DNA from: Obrimoposthia wandeli
Lineage: Eukaryota
Direction of reading: 5' to 3'
NCBI GenBank assembly: GCA_977020255.1
Contig: CDROCS010006357.1
Coordinates: 1 to 64,000 of the forward strand
DNA length: 64,000 nucleotides
A program made the translations under genes and the position numbers. The notes below the pieces were generated by a model. The model saw only the letters and a list, made by a program, of their open reading frames with translations. It had not been told where the DNA came from and searched no databases. Shown here piece after piece: positions 36,516 through 47,668 of this stretch (position 1 is the first letter of the stretch; every line of letters starts with the position of its first letter).

Positions 36516-37502
36516 ATGACTCAACAAAGCTTTAGTTTTTCTGATCTCACACCTGATTTATTACTCGATGCGCTCGACAGTGTGGGTGTGTATGCCGAAT
36601 CAGGATTACTGGCGCTAAACAGTTATGAAAATAGGGTTTATCAGTTTAAAGCTGATGATGGTGCCCGCTACGTGGCAAAATTCTATCGCCCGCAACGTTG
36701 GACTAACGAGCAAATTCAAGAAGAACATGATTTTACACTCGAGCTAGCGGATCAAGAAATTCCAGTTGCGGCACCTATCGTATTTTCGGGTGAGACTTTA
36801 ACGCATTTTAAAGGTCATCGTTTTACCTTATTTCCAAGTATGGGTGGTCGTCAATATGAAGTTGATAATATTGATCAACTTGAGTGGGTAGGTCGCTATC
36901 TAGGGCGTATCCATAACATAGGTAAAAGTAAAAGCTTTGTTCATCGCCCTACAATGAGCCTTGATGAGTACCTTTATCAACCACGTAAAATTTTAGAAAA
37001 TGCAGATTTTATTCCTGACTATCTTAAAAAAACTTTTTTCTCAGATCTTGATCTGCTCATTAAAGAGCTCGGCCAACGTTGGCACTCTGATTGGCAATCT
37101 ATTCGCTTACATGGCGATTGTCACCCTGGTAATATTTTGTGGCGCGACGGCCCTTTATTCGTCGATCTCGATGATGCGCGCAATGGTCCTGCCGTCCAAG
37201 ATTTATGGATGCTATTAAATGGTGATCGTAATGACCAACTCGCACAGCTTGATACCTTGTTAGAAGCTTACACTGAATTTTCTGATTTCAATCCAAAAGA
37301 ATTGCAACTTATTGAACCTTTACGAGGTCTTAGAATGGTTCACTACATGGCTTGGTTGGCAAAACGTTGGCAAGATCCTGCATTTCCCCGAGCATTCCCA
37401 TGGTTTGCTGATGCAAAATACTGGGAAGGACAAGTGCTATCATTTAAAGAGCAACTCGCGACATTAAATGAACCACCGCTGCAACTTATGCCACAGTGGT
37501 AA
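36516..37502 (+). CDS. srkA: Stress response kinase A (RdoA/YihE)
   Basis: LNSYENRVY, HGDCHPGN and DLDD motifs; upstream of dsbA. Confidence 0.95.
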   Translation: MTQQSFSFSDLTPDLLLDALDSVGVYAESGLLALNSYENRVYQFKADDGARYVAKFYRPQRWTNEQIQEEHDFTLELADQEIPVAAPIVFSGETLTHFKGHRFTLFPSMGGRQYEVDNIDQLEWVGRYLGRIHNIGKSKSFVHRPTMSLDEYLYQPRKILENADFIPDYLKKTFFSDLDLLIKELGQRWHSDWQSIRLHGDCHPGNILWRDGPLFVDLDDARNGPAVQDLWMLLNGDRNDQLAQLDTLLEAYTEFSDFNPKELQLIEPLRGLRMVHYMAWLAKRWQDPAFPRAFPWFADAKYWEGQVLSFKEQLATLNEPPLQLMPQW

Positions 37503-37586
37503 TCACCGAAAAAATAACACAACATAAATAGAATAATGGAAAGTAGCTAAAGACTATTTTTTAAAACTCAGGGAGTACACCGCAAC

Positions 37587-38189
37587 ATGATGAAGAAACT
37601 TTTGGCTCTAGCGAGCGTAGCACTATTATCTTTTTCCGTTCAAGCAGCCAAGTTTACTGAAGGCGATTACTACAAAGTGCTTGAACTACCTAAATCAAGC
37701 AGCCCGATGGTCACTGAATTTTTCTCTTTCTATTGCCCACACTGTAATAGCTTTGAACCAATGATTCAGGAACTGAAAAAGCAACTGCCAGATAATGCTA
37801 AATTCCAGAAAAATCATGTTTCTTTCATGGGTGGCCCTATGGGTAAATCCATGAGTAAAGCTTTCGCGACATCTATCGTTCTTGGTATCGATAACAAGAT
37901 GACACCAGTGCTTTTCAACCGCGTTCATGGGATGAAAAAGCCTCCACGTAATGATGCAGAATTACGTCAAATCTTCGTTGATGAAGGTGTTAAAGCAGAA
38001 GATTTCGATGGTGCCTACAATAGCTTTGCCGTTAATTCGATGGTTAATCGTTTTGATAAAGGCTTCCAAGATAGTGGCCTAACCGGTGTTCCAGCTCTTA
38101 TCGTTAACAATAAATACCTCGTACAAACAGGTAAAATACAATCTTCTGATGAGTACTTCGAGTTAGTGAATTTCTTACTTAAAAAGTAA
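37587..38189 (+). CDS. dsbA: Thiol:disulfide interchange protein DsbA
   Basis: Signal peptide, CPHC active site, GVPA cis-Pro loop. Confidence 0.96.
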   Translation: MMKKLLALASVALLSFSVQAAKFTEGDYYKVLELPKSSSPMVTEFFSFYCPHCNSFEPMIQELKKQLPDNAKFQKNHVSFMGGPMGKSMSKAFATSIVLGIDNKMTPVLFNRVHGMKKPPRNDAELRQIFVDEGVKAEDFDGAYNSFAVNSMVNRFDKGFQDSGLTGVPALIVNNKYLVQTGKIQSSDEYFELVNFLLKK

Positions 38190-38214
38190 CATTCGTGCAA
38201 ATACACAGCAGTAC

Positions 38215-38244
38215 AAAAAGGGGCTTATATGCCCCTTCTTTTTA
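38215..38244 (+). terminator. Rho-independent terminator after dsbA
   Basis: AAGGGGC-ttatat-GCCCCTT followed by T-run. Confidence 0.75.
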
Positions 38245-38266
38245 TCCCGCATTAGGTATTACTTTT

Positions 38267-38722
38267 ATGGATAAGATCCTCATCAGTGCCTGTTTATATG
38301 GCTTACCGGTGCGTTATGATGGAAAAGATAACCTGCTGACAGATAGTTTATTACAACAGTGGATACAACAAGATCGGTTAATCGTATTATGTCCAGAAGT
38401 CTCTGGCGGGTTACTCACACCTCGACCACCAGCAGAAATTCAAACTGATGGAACCATCAGAACCAAGAGCAATATCGATATTACTGACGCCTTTTTACAA
38501 GGCGCACATCAAGCCGTCATGCTGTGCCAGCAGCATAATATCAAATTTGCGATCTTGAAAGAAAATAGCCCCTCATGTGGCTGCCATTTTATTTACGATG
38601 GGCAATTCAATGGCACAAAGGTTACCGGGCAAGGTGTAACGGCAGCAGCACTGACCAAAGTGGGCGTTAAAGTATTCAGTGAAAACCAACTAAGTGCCTT
38701 AGACTCAGCACTTAATTCATAA
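38267..38722 (+). CDS. DUF523 family protein (2-thiouracil desulfurase-like)
   Basis: ILISACL, CPEV.GGL.TPRPPAE, SPSCG and G.GVTAA motifs. Confidence 0.85.
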   Translation: MDKILISACLYGLPVRYDGKDNLLTDSLLQQWIQQDRLIVLCPEVSGGLLTPRPPAEIQTDGTIRTKSNIDITDAFLQGAHQAVMLCQQHNIKFAILKENSPSCGCHFIYDGQFNGTKVTGQGVTAAALTKVGVKVFSENQLSALDSALNS

Positions 38723-38743
38723 ATTACATCCACTTCAGTTTGA

Positions 38744-40276
38744 TCAAACCACTTGAGCGGTTAAACGCTTTAATAATCGGTCCATCGAACGATAACCTAA
38801 TGCCTCAGCAAGGTGCCCGCGCTCTATCTTTTCTTTCCCCGATAGATCGGCAATTGTTCGCGCCACTTTAATGATTCGGTGATAAGCCCGAATAGATAAA
38901 CCTAGTTGATGTAATGCACTTTCTAGAAATTCTGCATCCTCTTTCACTAGCGCACAGTGAGTATCTAGCTCACGGGTAGACAGCAGCGCATTGACCTTGC
39001 CGCCACGGGCTAACATCACCTTTCTTGCCTGATGAACTCGCTGTTGGATAACGGCACTGGTCTCACCCCGATCCCCCCCTTCAGCCAATGTGCCACGTGG
39101 TAGGCCAGGGATTTCTATCGACATATCGAATCGATCCAATAACGGGCCAGATAAACGGCTAAGGTAGCGTAATATCGCTTGCGGGTTAGTTCGCGACTGA
39201 TTACCTTCGTAATAACCTGTTGGGCTAGGATTTAAGGCACCAATCAATTGAAAACGAGCGGGAAAACAGGTTTTGCTGGCAGCACGAGAGATCACAATCT
39301 CACCAGATTCTAACGGCTCACGCAGTGAATCTAAGACCTTTCGCCCAAACTCTGGCATTTCATCTAAGAAAAGAATGCCATTATGTGCCAAGGAAATTTC
39401 ACCCGGTTTAGGCACTGACCCCCCTCCGACTAAAGCAGCCATCGAACTTGAATGATGCGGGGTTCTAAAAGGCCGTTTAAGCCAGTTACCTTCATGCAAT
39501 GACTGCTGAGTCAATGAAGCAACAGATGCCGTTTCTAGGGCTTCTGCGTGCCCCATTTCAGGCAATAAATCACACAGGCGAGAAGCCAGCATGGTCTTAC
39601 CCGTACCTGGAGGTCCTAAAAACAATAAGTTATGCCCACCAGCTGCAGCAATCTCTAACGCACGCTTACCCTGTTGCTGACCAATAATATCTTGCATATC
39701 GCGATCATTTTTAGGGCGGTCTTGGGCTATTTCAGCCTCGTTTCGATGGCGTAACTGCAATTGTTGTTGACCACATAAATGCCCACAAACAGCCAGTAAA
39801 TCGCCAGCAGATCGATGTTTATCTTTCCCCACCAGTGCAACTTGATCGCCATTATCATCAGGAACAATTAAACATCGTCCCGCCTTTGTTGATGCCAACG
39901 CTGCTGGCAACGCCCCTTTAACCGGACGTAAATCGCCCGATAATGCGAGTTCACCAAGAAACTCATATTCGTGCAGTTTATTCATAGGGATTTGTCCCGA
40001 CGCAGCCAAAATACCCAGCGCGATTGGCAAATCAAATCGCCCCCCTTCTTTGGGTAAATCGGCGGGTGCTAAGTTGACGGTTAGACGACGAGAAGGGAAT
40101 TCAAAATTCGCATTTACAATGGCACTGCGAACCCGATCTCGTGCCTCTTTGACCGTGGTTTCTGGCAACCCAACCAAATTGAAGGCCGGCATTCCGTTAC
40201 TCAAATGCACCTCAACGGTAACGGCAGGCGCGTCAACACCCACACATGCTCGGCTGTGAACAATCGCAAGAGTCAT
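38744..40276 (-). CDS. comM: YifB/ComM family Mg-chelatase-like AAA+ ATPase
   Basis: NLAPADLPKEGGRFDLPIA, GPPGTGKT and GPLLDRFD motifs. Confidence 0.92.
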   Translation of the reverse strand: MTLAIVHSRACVGVDAPAVTVEVHLSNGMPAFNLVGLPETTVKEARDRVRSAIVNANFEFPSRRLTVNLAPADLPKEGGRFDLPIALGILAASGQIPMNKLHEYEFLGELALSGDLRPVKGALPAALASTKAGRCLIVPDDNGDQVALVGKDKHRSAGDLLAVCGHLCGQQQLQLRHRNEAEIAQDRPKNDRDMQDIIGQQQGKRALEIAAAGGHNLLFLGPPGTGKTMLASRLCDLLPEMGHAEALETASVASLTQQSLHEGNWLKRPFRTPHHSSSMAALVGGGSVPKPGEISLAHNGILFLDEMPEFGRKVLDSLREPLESGEIVISRAASKTCFPARFQLIGALNPSPTGYYEGNQSRTNPQAILRYLSRLSGPLLDRFDMSIEIPGLPRGTLAEGGDRGETSAVIQQRVHQARKVMLARGGKVNALLSTRELDTHCALVKEDAEFLESALHQLGLSIRAYHRIIKVARTIADLSGKEKIERGHLAEALGYRSMDRLLKRLTAQVV

Positions 40277-40462
40277 TCTTAATCGTCCTGTTTAGATTAC
40301 ATACTAATAAGTTAATGAAACGCTTCTATTTCGTTTCACAAAAAGCCTATTTATGCAGATTGTTTGCAAAGAAATCATAAGTTTTTTCTTGTCATGCGAG
40401 TCATGTCTGTGTTACCACTTAGGTAGAGCGACAAATAATCAATAAAATCGGACAGACAATAA

Positions 40463-40546
40463 ATGCCATTTAACGCCAAAGCCCTACAACTCATTATTAT
40501 CGTCATCGTGGTGATTATGTCACCACGGGGGAGTGCTAGGCGTTAG
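40463..40546 (+). CDS. ilvL: ilv operon leader peptide (27 aa)
   Basis: MPFNAKALQLIIIVIVVIMSPRGSARR; run of Ile/Val/Leu codons upstream of an attenuator. Confidence 0.88.
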   Translation: MPFNAKALQLIIIVIVVIMSPRGSARR

Positions 40547-40571
40547 GTAGCAAGAAACACAACAAACGCAT

Positions 40572-40606
40572 AAGCCCCCGCACTGAAAGGTTCGGGGGCT
40601 TTTTTT
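40572..40606 (+). terminator. ilv attenuator terminator
   Basis: AAGCCCCCG...CGGGGGCTT followed by T-run, between the leader and ilvG. Confidence 0.9.
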
Positions 40607-40663
40607 AAATATTCAAAATCAGCAATAAAAAGCAATGCGGAAGCACGTTTTTAAGGAGCAGCA

Positions 40664-42310
40664 ATGACAGGGGCAGAGTTAGTTGTACACGCGCTGCAGC
40701 AACAAGGGATAACCACGATATTTGGTTATCCTGGTGGCGCAATTATGCCAATCTATGACGCACTCTATGATGGTGGCGTCGAGCACATTCTTTGCCGTCA
40801 TGAGCAAGGCGCTGCAATGGCAGCGATTGGTATGGCTAGAGCCACTCAAGATGTTGCTGTATGTATGGCGACATCCGGCCCTGGTGCCACTAACTTGGTA
40901 ACAGGGTTAGCCGACGCTTTTCTTGATTCAGTGCCTATGGTTGCGATTACTGGGCAGGTAGCCAGCTCGCATATTGGCACCGATGCCTTCCAAGAAATGG
41001 ATGTGATTGGCATGTCATTGTCTTGTACCAAACACAGCTACCTTGTTACCGACATTAATGATCTCGCACCCACATTAGCTGAAGCGTTTATTGTTGCCAA
41101 AGCAGGTCGACCAGGCCCGGTTATTGTTGATATTGCCAAAGACGTACAACTCGCCCAAGCGCCTGTTGAAAGGCTGCCATTTATTGAAGAGCCAGCCATT
41201 CCGGTTGCAACGTCAGAATCAATCGCTGAAGCGCAGCGTCTTCTAGCCGCAAGCCAGCGTCCTGTATTGTATGTTGGTGGTGGTGTTCAGATTGCTAAAG
41301 CAACCGACACCGTGCGTACTTTTTTAAAACTAAACCCAATGCCAGCGGTGAGTACACTGAAAGGGCTAGGCACAGTAGAGCGTCACGACCCCCATTATTT
41401 AGGCATGCTGGGTATGCATGGCACTAAGGCGGCGAATTTAGTCGTTCAAGAGTCTGATTTATTGATTGTAGTGGGTGCCCGCTTTGATGATCGCGTAACC
41501 GGCAAGCTTGATACTTTCGCACCGCACGCAAAAGTCATTCACCTTGACATTGATGCCTCTGAATTTAATAAATTACGCATCGCAAACGCGCCATTACGCG
41601 GTGATGTCAATGTGATCTTGCCTCAATTAGAACTGTCACAAGACATCTCGGCGTGGGTACAGCACAGTGAAACATTACGTTCTGATTTCAAATGGCGTTA
41701 TAACCACCCTGGCGATCTAATTTATGCACCACTGTTGATGAAACAACTATCCGATATGATGCCTGATAGCTCAGTGATCTCGACGGATGTCGGCCAACAT
41801 CAGATGTGGGCAGCACAACACATTCAACCTCGTGAACCACAAAATTACATCACATCTGCCGGCCTAGGTACGATGGGCTTTGGCTTACCCGCTGCAATGG
41901 GAGCGAAAGTCGCCAGACCAAACGATGAATCGATCTTAATATCGGGTGATGGTTCATTCATGATGAATATTCAAGAGCTTGGCACGTTAAAACGTAAGCA
42001 AATTCCCGTGAAAATGGTGCTGATCAATAACCAACGCCTCGGCATGGTAAGGCAATGGCAATCGCTGTTTTTTAATGGCCGCCACAGTGAAACGATTTTA
42101 GATGACAACCCTGACTTTATCGTATTAGCCAGTGCGTTTGGTATTCCAGGCAAAACAATTACCAAGAAAGAAGAAGTAGAGCCGGCGCTAAAAGAGATGC
42201 TAGCAAGTAAAACAGCTTATTTGCTGCATGTACTTATCTCTGAAGAAGAGAATGTATGGCCATTAGTGCCACCCGGCGCTGCGAACCAAGATATGCTGGA
42301 GAACACCTAA
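40664..42310 (+). CDS. ilvG: Acetolactate synthase II large subunit
   Basis: [16 protein letters not shown] and GDGSFMMN motifs. Confidence 0.96.
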   Translation: MTGAELVVHALQQQGITTIFGYPGGAIMPIYDALYDGGVEHILCRHEQGAAMAAIGMARATQDVAVCMATSGPGATNLVTGLADAFLDSVPMVAITGQVASSHIGTDAFQEMDVIGMSLSCTKHSYLVTDINDLAPTLAEAFIVAKAGRPGPVIVDIAKDVQLAQAPVERLPFIEEPAIPVATSESIAEAQRLLAASQRPVLYVGGGVQIAKATDTVRTFLKLNPMPAVSTLKGLGTVERHDPHYLGMLGMHGTKAANLVVQESDLLIVVGARFDDRVTGKLDTFAPHAKVIHLDIDASEFNKLRIANAPLRGDVNVILPQLELSQDISAWVQHSETLRSDFKWRYNHPGDLIYAPLLMKQLSDMMPDSSVISTDVGQHQMWAAQHIQPREPQNYITSAGLGTMGFGLPAAMGAKVARPNDESILISGDGSFMMNIQELGTLKRKQIPVKMVLINNQRLGMVRQWQSLFFNGRHSETILDDNPDFIVLASAFGIPGKTITKKEEVEPALKEMLASKTAYLLHVLISEEENVWPLVPPGAANQDMLENT

Positions 42311-42558
42311 TGGAAAGATACCTACTCGATATCAAAGCGGATGATAAACCAGTATTACTTGAGCGGGTTTTGCGCGTTATTCGCCACCGTGGTTTTATAA
42401 TTAAACAAGTTAATGCAACACAAAATCACGAGAGTAAGATAGCAAGTGTAGAAATTATCGTCGACAGTGACCGTCCGATTACAACGCTGATCAATCAAAT
42501 AGAAAAGCTTTGGGATATACGCACCGTCAAAACCACATTATTAGAAAACCAAGATTAG
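42310..42558 (+). CDS. ilvM: Acetolactate synthase II small subunit
   Basis: LERVLRVIRHRGF; TAATG overlap with ilvG. Confidence 0.93.
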   Translation: MERYLLDIKADDKPVLLERVLRVIRHRGFIIKQVNATQNHESKIASVEIIVDSDRPITTLINQIEKLWDIRTVKTTLLENQD

Positions 42559-42579
42559 TACAGAAGGAAGGTACACGAG

Positions 42580-43518
42580 ATGGCAAACACAGCAGATTAC
42601 ATTTGGTTTAATGGTGAAATGGTTCCTTGGGCAGAGGCAAATGTTCACGTCTTAACCCATGCTATGCACTATGGTACGTCGGTTTTTGAAGGTATTCGTT
42701 GCTATAACACCCCTAATGGTCCCATTGTTTTCCGTCATAAAGAACACATGGATCGCTTAAAGAATTCAGCAAAGATTTACCGTTTTCCAATTCCATACTC
42801 ATCTGAAGAATTAATGGAAATTTGTCGTGAGACGATTCGCGTCAACGAACTAGAATCTGCTTATATTCGTCCATTAGGTTATGTCGGTAATGTCGGTCTA
42901 GGGGTTTGCCCACCCGTTGATACTGAAATGGATCTTATCGTTGCGGCTTTTCCTTGGGGGTCTTACCTTGGTGAAGAAGCGTTAGAAAGTGGCGTCGATG
43001 CCATGATTTCAAGCTGGAATCGCGCAGCGCCCAATACCATTCCAACCGCCGCAAAAGCGGGCGGTAACTACCTTTCATCCTTATTAGTCGGTAGTGAAGC
43101 GCGACGCCACGGTTATGCAGAAGGCATCGCACTGAGTGTTGATGGTTACCTCTCTGAAGGCGCTGGCGAGAATATTTTTGTGGTTCGTAATGGCATCTTG
43201 TCTACACCACCAGCAACGTGTGCAATCTTACCTGGCATCACGCGTGATTCAATCATGGTACTAGCCAAAGAGATGGGCTATGAAGTGCGTGAAGAAAATA
43301 TCGCGCGTGAAGCACTTTACCTCGCAGATGAAGTATTCATGACGGGTACTGCAGCAGAGATTGTGCCTGTTCGCAGTGTTGACCAAATCTCGGTAGGTGA
43401 AGGTAAACGCGGCCCTATTACGCAACAAATTCAAACCGCTTATTTTGGTCTCTTTAATGGGACGACAGAAGATAAATGGGGCTGGTTAGATTACGTTTAC
43501 CCTAAATCTGACAAGTAA
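42580..43518 (+). CDS. ilvE: Branched-chain amino acid aminotransferase
   Basis: HYGTSVFEG, KAGGNY and ILPGITR motifs. Confidence 0.97.
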   Translation: MANTADYIWFNGEMVPWAEANVHVLTHAMHYGTSVFEGIRCYNTPNGPIVFRHKEHMDRLKNSAKIYRFPIPYSSEELMEICRETIRVNELESAYIRPLGYVGNVGLGVCPPVDTEMDLIVAAFPWGSYLGEEALESGVDAMISSWNRAAPNTIPTAAKAGGNYLSSLLVGSEARRHGYAEGIALSVDGYLSEGAGENIFVVRNGILSTPPATCAILPGITRDSIMVLAKEMGYEVREENIAREALYLADEVFMTGTAAEIVPVRSVDQISVGEGKRGPITQQIQTAYFGLFNGTTEDKWGWLDYVYPKSDK

Positions 43519-43611
43519 GCGCGCCAATTAAGTACATCATATTATTCGTTCATCTTACCACACCGGTTAGAACGGCAAGATGAACAACGCAATAAAAGGA
43601 TTTTTACTGTT

Positions 43612-45453
43612 ATGCCTAAATATCGTTCAGCCACCACCACCCACGGTCGTAATATGGCCGGAGCCCGCGCATTATGGCGTGCAACAGGCGTTAAAGATGA
43701 AGATTTCGGTAAGCCGATCATTGCCGTCGTTAACTCTTTTACGCAATTTGTACCAGGTCATGTTCACTTAAAAGACATGGGACAACTCGTGGCGGGTGAG
43801 ATAGAGAAAGCAGGCGGTATCGCCAAGGAATTCAATACCATTGCCGTTGATGATGGTATTGCAATGGGGCACGGCGGCATGCTGTATTCTCTACCATCAC
43901 GAGAGCTCATTGCTGATTCAGTGGAATACATGGTTAATGCGCACTGCGCCGATGCAATGGTATGCATCTCTAACTGTGACAAAATCACCCCGGGCATGCT
44001 AATGGCAGCATTGCGACTCAACATTCCTGTGATCTTTGTTTCTGGTGGTCCGATGGAAGCCGGTAAAACAAAGCTGTCTGATCAGATCCTAAAGCTGGAT
44101 CTTGTTGATGCCATGATTCAAGGTGCAGATCCTACAGTGTCTGACGAGCAAAGCGAACAAGTAGAGCGATCTGCTTGTCCTACGTGTGGCTCATGTTCAG
44201 GGATGTTCACCGCGAACTCTATGAACTGTCTAACGGAAGCATTAGGATTAAGCCAACCAGGTAATGGTTCAATGCTAGCGACTCACGCCGATCGCGAACA
44301 ACTCTTTATCAATGCGGGTAAACGTATCGTTGATCTAACTAAACGTTATTACCTTAACGATGATGACACCGCATTACCGCGTAATATTGCGAATAAAAAA
44401 GCCTTTGAAAATGCAATGGCGCTCGATATCGCAATGGGTGGCTCAACCAATACCGTATTGCACCTATTAGCTGCAGCAAAAGAAGGTGACATTGATTTTG
44501 ATATGGACGACATCGATCGTATGTCTCGCCTGATACCACACCTGTGTAAAGTGGCACCCTCAACACCCAAATACCACATGGAAGATGTACACCGTGCTGG
44601 TGGTGTTTACAGTATTTTAGGTGAGCTTGATCGCGCCGGTCTGCTGCACACCGATACCCACAATGTACTTGGTCAAACCTTTGCTGAGTCACTGGCTGAA
44701 TACGATATCACGGTAACAGAATCACACGCGGTGAAAGATTTCTTCCGTGCTGGTCCTGCAGGTATTCGCACCACCAAAGCCTTCTCACAAAATTGTCGTT
44801 GGGATACGTTAGATGATGACCGTGCCAATGGTTGTATTCGCAGTAAAGAGCATGCATTTAGCCAAGATGGCGGGCTCGCTGTCCTCTCTGGCAACATCGC
44901 GATCAAAGGCTGTATTGTTAAAACAGCAGGCGTTGATGAAAACAGCTTAGTCTTTAGCGGACCCGCTGTCGTTTTCGAAAGCCAAGATACTGCTGTTGAA
45001 GGTATTCTTGGTGGTAAAGTGAAATCGGGCGATGTGGTTGTTATTCGCTATGAAGGGCCTAAGGGTGGTCCGGGAATGCAAGAAATGTTGTACCCAACCA
45101 CTTACCTTAAATCAATTGGTTTAGGCAAAGAATGTGCCTTAATCACTGATGGTCGTTTCTCTGGCGGTACAAGTGGTTTATCAATTGGCCATGTTTCACC
45201 TGAAGCAGCCGCTGGCGGTACGATTGGTCTTGTGAACGATGGCGATATCATTAATATCGATATTCCTAACCGCGGTATTGAATTACAAGTTGATGACGCA
45301 GAACTTGCCCAACGCCGTGCACTGGCAGATCAGCAAGGTTGGAAGCCTGTTAACCGTCAACGTGAAGTATCTTACGCATTACGTGCGTATGCATTACTTG
45401 CAACCAGTGCCGATCAAGGTGCTATCCGTGACAAATCTAAACTCGAAGGATAA
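43612..45453 (+). CDS. ilvD: Dihydroxy-acid dehydratase
   Basis: [13 protein letters not shown] and TDGRFSG motifs. Confidence 0.98.
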   Translation: MPKYRSATTTHGRNMAGARALWRATGVKDEDFGKPIIAVVNSFTQFVPGHVHLKDMGQLVAGEIEKAGGIAKEFNTIAVDDGIAMGHGGMLYSLPSRELIADSVEYMVNAHCADAMVCISNCDKITPGMLMAALRLNIPVIFVSGGPMEAGKTKLSDQILKLDLVDAMIQGADPTVSDEQSEQVERSACPTCGSCSGMFTANSMNCLTEALGLSQPGNGSMLATHADREQLFINAGKRIVDLTKRYYLNDDDTALPRNIANKKAFENAMALDIAMGGSTNTVLHLLAAAKEGDIDFDMDDIDRMSRLIPHLCKVAPSTPKYHMEDVHRAGGVYSILGELDRAGLLHTDTHNVLGQTFAESLAEYDITVTESHAVKDFFRAGPAGIRTTKAFSQNCRWDTLDDDRANGCIRSKEHAFSQDGGLAVLSGNIAIKGCIVKTAGVDENSLVFSGPAVVFESQDTAVEGILGGKVKSGDVVVIRYEGPKGGPGMQEMLYPTTYLKSIGLGKECALITDGRFSGGTSGLSIGHVSPEAAAGGTIGLVNDGDIINIDIPNRGIELQVDDAELAQRRALADQQGWKPVNRQREVSYALRAYALLATSADQGAIRDKSKLEG

Positions 45454-45458
45454 TAACG

Positions 45459-47012
45459 ATGAGCGAAGTAACACAGGCCAAGGATGTAGAGCTATTAAGC
45501 GGAGCCGATTACCTTCGCAATATTCTTCGTGCACCTATCTATGAAGTAGCACAAGTGACGCCACTACAAGATATGGATCGATTGTCAGCAAGGATCGGCA
45601 ATCGCATCCAGTTAAAACGAGAAGATCGCCAGCCGGTTCACTCATTTAAGCTGCGTGGTGCTTACAACATGATGTCTCAGTTAACCCCTGCGCAACGTAA
45701 AGCGGGGGCTATTGCAGCCTCTGCGGGCAATCATGCTCAAGGGTTAGCATTATCTGGCCATAAGCTTGATGTCAGTGCAACCATTGTTATGCCGCTTACC
45801 ACTCCAGCTATTAAAGTCGATGCGGTAAGAAGTTTTGGCGGCAAAGTGGTTTTACATGGTAATAATTTTGATGAAGCCAAAGCCCGGGCTGAAGAATTAG
45901 CGCAACAATATGGCTATACCTTCATCCCACCCTTTGACCACCCATCTGTGATTGCAGGGCAGGGCACTATCGGCATGGAATTGCTCCAACAAAACGGGCA
46001 TCTTGATTATGTTTTTGTCCCTGTTGGGGGCGGCGGTTTGGCCGCTGGAATCTCTGTATTACTTAAACAGTTAATGCCGAATATTAAAATCATCGGTGTG
46101 GAAGCTGAAGATTCCGCCTGCTTGAAAGCCGCGCTCGACGCGGGTTGTCCGGTTACACTCGACCAAGTAGGCATGTTTGCTGACGGTGTGGCGGTAAAAC
46201 GCATTGGTGAAGAAACATTCCGTTTATGTCAGCAATATCTTGATGATGTTATGACTGTTAGCAGCGATGAAATTTGCTCTGCTGTTAAAGATATTTTTGA
46301 AGATACCCGTGCCATTGCAGAGCCATCAGGCGCGCTCTCTTTAGCGGGACTCAAAAAATACGTTGAGGTACACCAACTACAAGATAAGCAGCTAGCATCT
46401 ATTTTATCGGGGGCTAACCTCAATTTTCATGGTCTACGCTATGTATCAGAGCGTTGTGAATTAGGTGAGAAACGAGAAGGCCTTTTAGCGGTTACAGTGC
46501 CAGAACGGCCTGGGGCTTTTCTTGATTTTTGCCATATCTTAGGTGGCCGAGCGGTTACTGAGTTTAACTATCGTTACAATGACAATACATTGGCTAATGT
46601 CTTTGTCGGTGTGCGCTTGATGCAAGGGCAAGAAGAGCTCGATGGCATTACTCACGATCTTCAAAAAGGGGGCTACCCCGTTGTCGATCTATCTGATGAT
46701 GAAATGGCAAAAGTTCACGTGCGCTATATGATTGGTGGGCGCCCATCAAAGCCACTTAAAGAACGTTTATATAGTTTTGAATTTCCAGAGTACCCTGGTG
46801 CACTATTAAAGTTTCTTAATACGCTAGGTACACATTGGAATATTAGTCTATTTAATTACCGTAATCATGGTGCAGATTATGGTCGAGTATTATGTGGTTT
46901 TGAATTGGAAGACAAAGATTTGCTGTCTTTTACTAGCCACTTACATGAATTAGGCTACCAATGGAAAGATGAAACTGAAAGCCCTGCATATAAGTTTTTT
47001 CTAGCCCAATAG
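45459..47012 (+). CDS. ilvA: Threonine ammonia-lyase, biosynthetic
   Basis: SFKLRGA and GGGGL motifs; C-terminal ACT domains. Confidence 0.97.
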   Translation: MSEVTQAKDVELLSGADYLRNILRAPIYEVAQVTPLQDMDRLSARIGNRIQLKREDRQPVHSFKLRGAYNMMSQLTPAQRKAGAIAASAGNHAQGLALSGHKLDVSATIVMPLTTPAIKVDAVRSFGGKVVLHGNNFDEAKARAEELAQQYGYTFIPPFDHPSVIAGQGTIGMELLQQNGHLDYVFVPVGGGGLAAGISVLLKQLMPNIKIIGVEAEDSACLKAALDAGCPVTLDQVGMFADGVAVKRIGEETFRLCQQYLDDVMTVSSDEICSAVKDIFEDTRAIAEPSGALSLAGLKKYVEVHQLQDKQLASILSGANLNFHGLRYVSERCELGEKREGLLAVTVPERPGAFLDFCHILGGRAVTEFNYRYNDNTLANVFVGVRLMQGQEELDGITHDLQKGGYPVVDLSDDEMAKVHVRYMIGGRPSKPLKERLYSFEFPEYPGALLKFLNTLGTHWNISLFNYRNHGADYGRVLCGFELEDKDLLSFTSHLHELGYQWKDETESPAYKFFLAQ

Positions 47013-47033
47013 CAGCGCCAATCATCAACTAAC

Positions 47034-47063
47034 AAAAAAGCAGCCGATGGGCTGCTTTTTTTA
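47034..47063. terminator. Bidirectional terminator between ilvA and XRE gene 1
   Basis: A-run + GCAGCC-gatg-GGCTGC + T-run. Confidence 0.88.
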
Positions 47064-47426
47064 TTTTCGTTTTACTGAGGCAACATAATCAATCCAGCAA
47101 GAAACAAAACTCATATTATGCTCAATTAACTTCGAGCGCATCGAACGAGGCACTTGTGCAAATAGATCGAGTAATACTTGAATGTCATTTTTATCTTCAG
47201 ATGATATTGGTCCTTCATCTTCATAGATAAACCAAATTAGTGGTCGCCCTGTTATATCAGCAATACTCATTAGTGTTGATATTCTAGGTTCTGTTTTCCC
47301 TGATTCGAGATCGAGATACGTCTGACGAGCCAACCCTAATGCCTTTGCCATCGCAACTTGGGTAATACCTTTTAGCTCTCTCGCTTCTCGAATTTTAGTC
47401 GCTGTCCGTAATTTTACGTTTTCCAC
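47061..47426 (-). CDS. XRE/Cro-CI family HTH transcriptional regulator (paralog 1)
   Basis: IREARELKGITQ..MA..LG.ARQTY.DLESGKTEP; the GTG start at 47426 (GGTGAT upstream) aligns exactly with the paralog; an ATG at 47441 is an alternative. Confidence 0.88.
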   Translation of the reverse strand: MENVKLRTATKIREARELKGITQVAMAKALGLARQTYLDLESGKTEPRISTLMSIADITGRPLIWFIYEDEGPISSEDKNDIQVLLDLFAQVPRSMRSKLIEHNMSFVSCWIDYVASVKRK

Positions 47427-47668
47427 CCGTGTATCACCCATTAAACATTACAACAGGCCATTCAAATAGCGCCATAAATCAGCCGACCGTTGCATTATTG
47501 ACTTACATGTTAGTCCAGTATGACGCTGATAAAATTATCATCATCCTAGGTACAGTTAATATGTGAAACCACCCCTAACATGTCTAGCTATACATACAAA
47601 TAAAACCGATAAATGCCAGCAATAACATGCATAGCATATTCATTCGTCAGTTAACTGTATTAAAAAGT

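Noticed and set aside
43548-43585. Hairpin GTTCATCTT...AAGATGAAC between ilvE and ilvD
   Set aside because: Ordinary intercistronic mRNA structure; no U-tract and not repeated elsewhere
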